Shown: one piece after another, positions 56,390 to 64,000 of the stretch | How the letters are laid out: each line of letters begins with the position of its first letter | Numbering within the stretch: position 1 is the first letter of the stretch | Source of the DNA: Rubripirellula sp. | GTDB lineage: Bacteria; Planctomycetota; Planctomycetia; Pirellulales; Pirellulaceae | NCBI GenBank assembly: GCA_965216875.1 | Contig: OZ244207.1 | Span: 128,001-192,000 of the forward strand | Length of the DNA: 64,000 bases | Direction of reading: 5' to 3' | Notes under the pieces: generated by a model | Seen by the model: the letters and a program-made list of their open reading frames with translations, nothing else | Told to the model about the DNA's origin: nothing | The model's database searches: none | Program-made: the position numbers and the translations under genes

Positions 56390-57905
56390 AGAGTCATTCC
56401 CGATAAAGACCGGTGTCTTTGCCGTATTGGCCGTCTTTGTCTGGGGCGTCTGCTCAGCCAAGGCTGACGAGCGTCCGAACGTGCTATTGATTATGGTCGA
56501 CGACCTCAAGCCGGCCCTCGGATGCTATGGCGACAAGCACGCAAAGTCGCCAAACATTGATGCGTTGGCGGCGCGCGGGATGCGATTTGATCTGGCGTAC
56601 TGCAACCAAGCGGTTTGCGCTCCCTCGCGATTCACATTGATGCTCGGTTCGCACTCGACTTCGACAGGGCTTTACGGCCTTGGCAGTAAGCTGCGTTCGG
56701 TGTTGCCAGATGCGGTGACGATGCCACAGTACTTCGCCAAGCACGGTTACCGAACGGAGTCGCTTGGCAAGGTGTTTCATATCGGGCACGGAAACGAAGG
56801 CGATCGCGACTCGTTCAGCGTCAAGCATTTTCACGACAAGGTGATCGAATACGTTGAACCGACGAGCACCGACGGTGGCAAGCTGACGCGTGAAGAGGCC
56901 TTTTTTACGAACCAGCGACTGGGCGAAATCAAATCGCTCCCGCGCGGTGCGGCGTACGAGTCGCCTGACGTTTCGGACACGAGTTATGCCGACGGACGTG
57001 TCGCGGCCGAAACGATCAAGCGACTACGATCCGCCAAGAAACGATCCGAAGCGGAAGGGACGCCCTTCTTCATTGCGGCCGGATTCGCTCGCCCACACCT
57101 GCCTTTTAGTGCCCCCAAGAAGTACTGGGACTTGTACGACCCCAAGACATTGCCGCAGCCGACGTTTGAAGATCTTCCGGCCGACGCGCCGGCTGTTGCG
57201 GGAAAGCGTGGCGGTGAAATCACGAACTACAAACCGGTCCCAACCGATCCACGGGCCGAGTTCGACGAAACGCTCATACGCAACCTGATTCATGGCTACT
57301 ACGCCAGCACGAGTTTCGTCGATGCTCAGATTGGCAAAGTGCTCGACGAGCTGAATGACTCGGGACTTGCCTCCAACACGATCGTTGTGCTTTGGGGAGA
57401 TCACGGGTTTCACCTCGGTGATCTTGGGATTTGGACCAAACACACCAATTACGAACAAGCCAACCGGATTCCGATCCTGATTGCCGCGCCCGGTCAGGCC
57501 GTGGCCGGGGGATCAACCCAACAGCTTGCCGAAAGCGTCGACATCTTTCCAACGCTGGCCGAGCTAGCCGGGCTGCCGGCGCCAAATGTGCCGCAACCAA
57601 TCGATGGCGTCAGTTTGGTACCTGTCTTGAAGGACCCCGCGGTTCGCGTGCGCGACCATGCTTTTCACGCCTATCCGAAGAAGAAGCTTGGCCGAGCGAT
57701 TCGAACGCAGCGGTTTCGTCTGGTGGAGTGGAAACTTTTTAATGGCGACGAATCGAGCATCGAATACGAACTCTACGACTACAAGACGGATCCACTCGAG
57801 CGGCAAAACTTGGCCGCGTCCAAGCCAGAAGTCGTCGACGAATTAAGAGCCATCTTGCGGAAGCACCCCCAACCCGTGCCACGTTCACGCGGCAAGCGAA
57901 AGTAG
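56373..57905 (+). CDS. Sulfatase, iduronate-2-sulfatase-like
   Basis: PNVLLIMVDDLKP; CAPSR; GKVFH; RPHLPF; WGDHGFHLGD. Confidence 0.95.
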   Translation: MHRFVRESFPIKTGVFAVLAVFVWGVCSAKADERPNVLLIMVDDLKPALGCYGDKHAKSPNIDALAARGMRFDLAYCNQAVCAPSRFTLMLGSHSTSTGLYGLGSKLRSVLPDAVTMPQYFAKHGYRTESLGKVFHIGHGNEGDRDSFSVKHFHDKVIEYVEPTSTDGGKLTREEAFFTNQRLGEIKSLPRGAAYESPDVSDTSYADGRVAAETIKRLRSAKKRSEAEGTPFFIAAGFARPHLPFSAPKKYWDLYDPKTLPQPTFEDLPADAPAVAGKRGGEITNYKPVPTDPRAEFDETLIRNLIHGYYASTSFVDAQIGKVLDELNDSGLASNTIVVLWGDHGFHLGDLGIWTKHTNYEQANRIPILIAAPGQAVAGGSTQQLAESVDIFPTLAELAGLPAPNVPQPIDGVSLVPVLKDPAVRVRDHAFHAYPKKKLGRAIRTQRFRLVEWKLFNGDESSIEYELYDYKTDPLERQNLAASKPEVVDELRAILRKHPQPVPRSRGKRK

Positions 57906-58000
57906 TTCGCCGGCGATTCGGGTTCACCACCACAGCTACATTCAAACCACCCAGCGTTGTCAGCCACCACAGCAACGCACCCCTGCCCCGATGAAGCTCA

Positions 58001-61000
58001 ATGAGAAAAAACCTCGTGACAACAAGCCGATTCAACGCGTTTTGCTTTTTGAGTCTCTTGGCCTCTTTGGCGACCGCCCAAGACGTCGTTGACCAGTGGC
58101 GTCACACACTCAAGCGCCCTCGTGCCGATTGGCACACCGTTGAGTTCGATGACTCAAGTTGGACCGCGAGTTTTGGCGGCTTCGGTACGAGAGACACGCC
58201 GGGTTCCCGCGTCGGAACGACATGGGCGACCAATCAAATCTGGTTGCGCAAAACGTTTGACCTGACGGCCGTTCCAGCGAACCCCGCGCTGCTGATTCAC
58301 CATGACGAAGATGTTGAGGTGTTCCTCAACGGAACGCTGGTCGTGTCGCTGCAAGGATTCACCACCGAGTACAAGGTTGTTCCCCTTGCCAGCGACAAGG
58401 CGTCGGCGTTGCAGGCTGGTTCGAATCTAATGGCCGTGCACTGCAAACAGACCAACGGTGGCCAATTCATTGATGTGCACTTGGTCGATGCTAACAACGT
58501 CCCCCAGCTCCCGAAGCCGAAGCGAAGCACGACGCCATTTGTTTCCGAGTTGATCACGAAATGGGGAGCGTCGGTCACGGCCGAGAATGCCTGGACGGAA
58601 TACCCGCGTCCTCAAATGCAACGTGACCATTGGCAGAACCTCAACGGGCATTGGGACTACGCGGTCACGCCTATCGAAACACGCCGGCAGCCATCGCAGT
58701 GGGACGGGAAACTGCTTGTCCCCTATTGTTTGGAATCGAAGCTTGGCGGCGTTCAACGTTTGCTCGACGAACCCGAAGCCCTTTGGTATCGGCGATCGTT
58801 CGGCGCGAAAAGGTCCGACGGCAATCGTTTGCTATTGAACTTCGAGGCCGTCGACTACCGCAGCGAAGTTTTCGTGAACGGACATTCGGTCGGTAGCCAT
58901 GTTGGCGGTAATACGCCATTTAGCTTCGACGTCACCGACGCGATCAAGGATGGCGAAAACGAACTGGTCGTTCGCGTCGAGGATGCGACCGAAGCGTTTC
59001 AGCTTCGTGGCAAGCAAGTACTCGACGCACGCGGGATTTGGTACACCCAGGTATCCGGTATCTGGCAAACCGTTTGGCTTGAAGAAGTTCCGGACAGCTA
59101 TTTCGCTAGCGTCAAGATCAGCACCTCTTCCGAAGCAGGTTCGATTACGGTTCGCCCGCAGATCGTCGGCAACCGATCGCATTCGGTGGCGGTCGTGGTT
59201 AAGGATGGCGACAACGTGGTCGCCCGCAAGATAGGCAATGATCAGATCGAATTGAAGATTGACAACGCAAAACTCTGGTCGCCATCGGAACCATTTCTGT
59301 ACGACGTCGAAGTCACTCTGCTGGGGCCAAATGACGAGCCAGTGGATCATGTGAATTCCTACGCAGGCATTCGCACCGTTGGGAAAGTAAAAGACGTCGA
59401 TGGACATTGGCGATTCACGCTCAACGGCGAAACGATCTTCCACTGGGGGCCGCTTGATCAAGGCTGGTGGCCCGACGGTCTGCTGACGCCCCCGTCGGAT
59501 GAAGCGATGTTGTTTGACATCGAGTGGCTCAAGCAGGCTGGATTTAACATGATCCGAAAACACATCAAGGTCGAGCCGCGTCGCTATTACTATCACTGTG
59601 ATCGACTTGGAATGATGGTCTGGCAAGATCAGGTCAGCGGCGGTGTGGGCAAGGCTTGGCCAGCCTGGACACGGCTCGCGCCGAATCCCGTCGATGCCAA
59701 TTGGCCCGCGGCACAGCACAAGCAGTTCATGTTTGAACTCGATCGCATGATCACCACGCTCGAGAGCCACCCGTCGATCGTTTGCTGGGTCCCTTTCAAT
59801 GAAGCTTGGGGCCAACACCGGACCATGGACGTTGGGCGATGGACGGTCGAGCGCGACCCGTCACGGTTGGTCAACGTCGCGAGCGGCGGGAATTTTTGGC
59901 CAGTGGGCGACGTCGTCGATGCGCACCATTACCCGCACCCTGTGTTTCCATTTGAACAAAATGAAAACGGCCGTTTTGACGACTACATCAAAGTCATGGG
60001 CGAGTTTGGCGGGCACGGCTATCCCGTCAAAGAACATCTGTGGGATGCGAACCGTCGCAATTGGGGATACGGTGGACTTCCGCGGAACGAAGCGGAATAC
60101 AAACAGCGGTACCTTCAGTCACTCGATATGCTCAATGCGCTTCGTGACAAAGGGATCGCCGGTGGCGTCTACACTCAAACGACGGATGTCGAGGGCGAGA
60201 TCAATGGGTTGATGACTTATGATCGCAAGGTCATCAAGATTCCTGCCGATCATTTGGCCAGGATGCACAAGAAGCTTTTTGCTGAAACACCAAAGCAGGC
60301 CTCCAAAGCGGAGCAATTCCCCCGCACCGCGTTCGTCGAAGTTCCGACCGATCGCAAGCCACGGCCGGTGATGAATGCCGCCACGATTCGTTCTGGTCTC
60401 AGCTCACACGATCGCGCACTCTATATCAAAGCGGGATGGATTCGCGATCCTTACATCACTCTTGCCCCCGACGGGTTTTACTATTTGACGGGAACACAGC
60501 CGCGCGCGGGCGATCCACGCGAAGCAGACAATCCGTACAACATCGGGCTCGGTGACGAGAGCATTGTTGGGGACCAGGTTCGAGCCTATCGCAGCAAAGA
60601 CTTGGTCGAATGGGAATCGCTCGGTGCGATCTTCACGGTGGATGACACCATTAGGGCGAAAAGTGGTAAGTCGATTCCGAAGCGCCTGATCTGGGCCCCC
60701 GAAGTGCATTGGCTTGGTGATCGTTGGGCCTTGGTGCATTGTCCCAAACGTCACTCCAGTCTCGTCGTTTCCGCAGGTCGTGACTTGCGAGGTCCTTGGA
60801 CGCATCCGATGAATGGCAACATGGGGGCACGGCACGACCCATCGCTCTTTACCGATGACGACGGAACTCGCTATTTGCTGTGGGGGAACACGTTGGTGGC
60901 AGCTCTGACCGACGACTTGAAGTCTTACGCCGCGGAACCGACACGCATTGATCCATCGAGTTATCGCCCCGGGCCCGATGGTAAATCGATCAATCGTATC

Positions 61001-61417
61001 GGTCACGAAGGCGCCACGATGATCAAGGTTGGTGGCAAGTACGTTCACATGGGAACGGCATGGTCAACCGATCAAGGTCGCAAGGGTTCCTATAACCTTT
61101 ACTACTGCGTCGCTGACAAAATCACTGGCCCCTACGGACCGCGTAAATTCGCTGGCCGATTTCTTGGTCACGGGACTCCTTTTCAAGACAAGGAAGGCAA
61201 GTGGTGGTGTACGGCGTTTTTTAATGCGAACGTCCCGCCGGTTCCACGCCAAGGCATCGAAAAACGCGATCTTGGCGAGAACGCTCAAACGATCAACGAA
61301 CAGGGTGTGACGATTGTGCCCCTGGATGTTCGCGTTTTGGATAATGGTGAGGTTTACATTCGAGCCAAAGATCCTGCCTATGCAACGCCCGGTCCCGACG
61401 AAGCTCAATCGTTTTAG
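58001..61417 (+). CDS. GH2 glycoside hydrolase with N-terminal galactose-binding-like module, fused to a C-terminal GH43-like domain
   Basis: EYPRPQM; FEAVDY; SGIWQTVWLE; GPLDQGWWPDG; GFNMIRKHIK; WVPFNEAWGQ; GEFGG; then IRDPYI, IWAPEVH, HDPSLF, HEGA. Confidence 0.92.
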   Translation: MRKNLVTTSRFNAFCFLSLLASLATAQDVVDQWRHTLKRPRADWHTVEFDDSSWTASFGGFGTRDTPGSRVGTTWATNQIWLRKTFDLTAVPANPALLIHHDEDVEVFLNGTLVVSLQGFTTEYKVVPLASDKASALQAGSNLMAVHCKQTNGGQFIDVHLVDANNVPQLPKPKRSTTPFVSELITKWGASVTAENAWTEYPRPQMQRDHWQNLNGHWDYAVTPIETRRQPSQWDGKLLVPYCLESKLGGVQRLLDEPEALWYRRSFGAKRSDGNRLLLNFEAVDYRSEVFVNGHSVGSHVGGNTPFSFDVTDAIKDGENELVVRVEDATEAFQLRGKQVLDARGIWYTQVSGIWQTVWLEEVPDSYFASVKISTSSEAGSITVRPQIVGNRSHSVAVVVKDGDNVVARKIGNDQIELKIDNAKLWSPSEPFLYDVEVTLLGPNDEPVDHVNSYAGIRTVGKVKDVDGHWRFTLNGETIFHWGPLDQGWWPDGLLTPPSDEAMLFDIEWLKQAGFNMIRKHIKVEPRRYYYHCDRLGMMVWQDQVSGGVGKAWPAWTRLAPNPVDANWPAAQHKQFMFELDRMITTLESHPSIVCWVPFNEAWGQHRTMDVGRWTVERDPSRLVNVASGGNFWPVGDVVDAHHYPHPVFPFEQNENGRFDDYIKVMGEFGGHGYPVKEHLWDANRRNWGYGGLPRNEAEYKQRYLQSLDMLNALRDKGIAGGVYTQTTDVEGEINGLMTYDRKVIKIPADHLARMHKKLFAETPKQASKAEQFPRTAFVEVPTDRKPRPVMNAATIRSGLSSHDRALYIKAGWIRDPYITLAPDGFYYLTGTQPRAGDPREADNPYNIGLGDESIVGDQVRAYRSKDLVEWESLGAIFTVDDTIRAKSGKSIPKRLIWAPEVHWLGDRWALVHCPKRHSSLVVSAGRDLRGPWTHPMNGNMGARHDPSLFTDDDGTRYLLWGNTLVAALTDDLKSYAAEPTRIDPSSYRPGPDGKSINRIGHEGATMIKVGGKYVHMGTAWSTDQGRKGSYNLYYCVADKITGPYGPRKFAGRFLGHGTPFQDKEGKWWCTAFFNANVPPVPRQGIEKRDLGENAQTINEQGVTIVPLDVRVLDNGEVYIRAKDPAYATPGPDEAQSF

Positions 61418-61432
61418 CAACGAGTGTGTTCA

Positions 61433-62830
61433 ATGAAACAGGTTTTTTACACCCCATTGTTAATCGTATTGGCACTAGCCGCGGTTTGCGATGCAGCTGA
61501 AGGTCGCCCGAACATTGTGGTCTATCTATCGGACGACCACTCCCAACGTGATTCAAGCCTTTACGGTAACAATCACATTCCGACACCGCAGTTCGAGCGT
61601 TTGGCGGAACGGGGTATGACCTTTACCCACGCGTTCGTCGCGTCACCCTCGTGCGCTCCGAGTCGAGCGGCATTGTTGACGGGTTTGATGCCAGCACGCA
61701 ACGGCGCGGAGGCCAACCACACGTTTCCAACAAAGGGGACCCACTCGTTGATTCGCGATCTGCGGTCGGCGGGCTATGAGGTTGCTGCGATCGGCAAGGT
61801 CGCGCACGGGCGGTCGGTTGCAAGGTATGGTTTCGACTTTTTCCAAGCAGCAAGGACGATTCCGAAATTGGGTGACGCCGTTCGGGATTACCTGTCCAGT
61901 CGCCAATCGAGCAAGCCGCTGTGTTTGTTCGTGGGCACCTCGAACCCACACGTTTCGTGGACCAGTCCGTCCACATTCGATCCCGCTGAGGTCGAGTTGC
62001 CGCCCCATCATCTGGACACCCCCGCCACTCGAGAGCATCGCGCCGCCTACTACCAAGAGATCAAAGACCTCGATGCGTTCCTCGGTGAGTTGCGGGCGAT
62101 CACCGAAGAACGGCTGGGTGACGACGCGCTCTTCATTCACACAAGCGACCATGGTTCGCAATGGCCGTTTGGCAAATGGAATCTATACGACTATGGGACG
62201 CGCGTCCCGTTTATCGCTTCATGGCCAGGACGCATTGCTGAGGGGACAACGTCGGATGCAATGATCAGCTGGATCGACCTGTTGCCAACGTTGATCGACA
62301 TTGCGGGCGGGACAGAACACGAGGGCCTCGATGGACGCTCATTTTTGAAGGTCTTGCTGGGCGAAGAGGAAACGCATCGCGAAGTCATCTTTACCACACA
62401 CACCGGAGACGGCACGAAGAACATCTATCCAATGCGCAGCATTCGCACTCGGCGCTGGAAGTTGATCCGCAATCTGCATCCCGAATTCGCTCACACGAAT
62501 CACTCCGATCTTGATCGCAAACCGATGGCCGGGGCTTACTGGACCGAGTGGGGCGAAGTGGCAAAAAGTGATGCACACGCCGCCGAGATTGTTACGCGTT
62601 ACTTCAAGCGGCCAGAGTGGGAACTCTATCGAGTCGAACGTGATCCTTGGGAACAAACAAATCTAATTGATTCGCAAGCACAAGCCGATCGTGTGGCCAA
62701 TTTGAAGCAGCGACTTGCAGAGTGGATGAAGCACCAAGGGGACAAGCTGTCGGTTCACAGCAAGCCACGTCGATTGGATGACGAGTCGAGTTGGCAGCTC
62801 GACTTTTTTCCCAAATCCGATGCACCTTAG
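61433..62830 (+). CDS. Sulfatase, N-sulfoglucosamine-sulfohydrolase-like
   Basis: PNIVVYLSDDH; CAPSR; TSDHG..PFGKWNLYDYG; YPMRSIRT. Confidence 0.93.
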   Translation: MKQVFYTPLLIVLALAAVCDAAEGRPNIVVYLSDDHSQRDSSLYGNNHIPTPQFERLAERGMTFTHAFVASPSCAPSRAALLTGLMPARNGAEANHTFPTKGTHSLIRDLRSAGYEVAAIGKVAHGRSVARYGFDFFQAARTIPKLGDAVRDYLSSRQSSKPLCLFVGTSNPHVSWTSPSTFDPAEVELPPHHLDTPATREHRAAYYQEIKDLDAFLGELRAITEERLGDDALFIHTSDHGSQWPFGKWNLYDYGTRVPFIASWPGRIAEGTTSDAMISWIDLLPTLIDIAGGTEHEGLDGRSFLKVLLGEEETHREVIFTTHTGDGTKNIYPMRSIRTRRWKLIRNLHPEFAHTNHSDLDRKPMAGAYWTEWGEVAKSDAHAAEIVTRYFKRPEWELYRVERDPWEQTNLIDSQAQADRVANLKQRLAEWMKHQGDKLSVHSKPRRLDDESSWQLDFFPKSDAP

Positions 62831-62948
62831 ATCATGTCACGCCATCAAGAGGTCATTGACGAAGAACTGTAGCGCCCCTTCGAACCGAGTGGTGTTTTAA
62901 GTCAACCAAGCTGGGGCGTGTGGCTTGGTTGACGTGGTTTCGAACGAC

Positions 62949-63998
62949 TTAGCGCGCACTACGTGGCGCTCGCCAGATTCGGACGGATCCATCCACGCTC
63001 GCACTTGCAATGAGCTGGCCGTCATCGGAGAAGGCGACGTCGGTTACTGGGGCAGTGTGTCCCACGAACGCCGCCCGCTGATAGTTTTGCTTGGCGTCCC
63101 ACAAGCGAAGAACCGATTCTTCGCCTGACGAGGCGATCAAGGAACCGCTGCGGTTGTAAACGACCGCCGTGGCTGGGCTGGAATGTCCGCGCAAACGATT
63201 CAACAACCGCAGGGGTTGTTCCGAGTTTTGTAGCTCAATCTGCCAGATCTTGACGGTTCGGTCATAGCCGACCGAAACGAGTTGGCGTTGGTCTGGAGAA
63301 ACACGCAGCCCTGTGATCCGGCGTGTGTCCCCCCTGGTTGTAAACAGCTCTTCCGTTGTGTTGATGTCAAACAATCGAATCAGTTTAGACGAGCTGACTA
63401 CGATTCGATCGTCATCCACAAAGCAAATTGCGTCGACCTTGCCGACGTTGAAAACGTTTTGCACTTGCTGCGTTTGCAAGTCAAGGATCGCGATTCTCAA
63501 ACGTTCCACAGGGTAAGCGATTTTTGCCCCGCTCGGATGCACTGCGATTCGCGGTGCATCGTCCATGGTCTCGTAACAAGGAAGGCTCTTGATGAGCGTT
63601 AAGTGATTCTCTTCGTTCGGTTTCCAGATTTTGAGCTCGCCGTCACCTCCGGTCGAAACGATGTGGTCGACACCTTCAAGCTGAAACCATTCGAGCTCCC
63701 AGCCTCCGATCGAGTGGGCGTCGTGAGCTCGAATCAGCGATCCCTGGTCGACATCCCAGATGCGGATCTTTCCATCTAAGGCAATCGACGCGAGTTGCTT
63801 TCCTGAGGGTGACACGTCGACCGCGTTCACGATCGTCGGGTGGTCCAAGACATCGTTGGCCGAATCACGATTCAAGTCCCAGCGTTTCAGATCGCCATCA
63901 AAGCTCGCCGAATACAGCGCATCTGATTGATCGGCAAAGACGACGGACACGACATCATCGAAGTGACCTTGGTAGCTCTTGAGCAGTCGCCCGGCAGG
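62949..63998 (-). CDS. WD40-repeat protein, C-terminal part (5' end outside window)
   Basis: Frame open to the window edge (..QGHFDDV..); repeated GH...WD/WR blades. Confidence 0.9.
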   Translation of the reverse strand, partial: PAGRLLKSYQGHFDDVVSVVFADQSDALYSASFDGDLKRWDLNRDSANDVLDHPTIVNAVDVSPSGKQLASIALDGKIRIWDVDQGSLIRAHDAHSIGGWELEWFQLEGVDHIVSTGGDGELKIWKPNEENHLTLIKSLPCYETMDDAPRIAVHPSGAKIAYPVERLRIAILDLQTQQVQNVFNVGKVDAICFVDDDRIVVSSSKLIRLFDINTTEELFTTRGDTRRITGLRVSPDQRQLVSVGYDRTVKIWQIELQNSEQPLRLLNRLRGHSSPATAVVYNRSGSLIASSGEESVLRLWDAKQNYQRAAFVGHTAPVTDVAFSDDGQLIASASVDGSVRIWRAPRSAR

Positions 63999-64000
63999 TA

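Overview
64 kb of a GC-rich bacterial chromosome that looks planctomycetal (probably Pirellulaceae), based on a DUF1549/DUF1553 cytochrome-c plus DUF1501 pair, a PEP-CTERM protein, many Cys-type sulfatases and abundant short palindromic repeats. All calls come from reading motifs by eye; no database was searched. Left part (1-35 kb): a secretion-like locus with no ATPase (TolC plus three HlyD-type adaptors, one fused to an M50 metalloprotease and one to a GAF-like domain); an Imm32-like gene next to an atypical macro-domain gene; an orphan polysaccharide co-polymerase; an ABC-2 exporter; hflX between two UvrC-type GIY-YIG nucleases; a PEP-CTERM gene inside a REPIN array; and a TPR / WXG100-like / helical-partner cluster resembling type VII secretion substrates in a diderm. 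Right part (35-63 kb): a sulfated-polysaccharide degradation region with seven sulfatases (one split at a T7 tract), four multi-domain fusion enzymes, an esterase, a XylR-type regulator and an SDR, plus a cupin-PQQ-Rrf2 operon with a palindromic operator candidate. At least six REP/REPIN-like families occupy intergenic spaces, including one nested inside another and tandemly duplicated. I found no rRNA, tRNA, CRISPR array, transposase or prophage gene.
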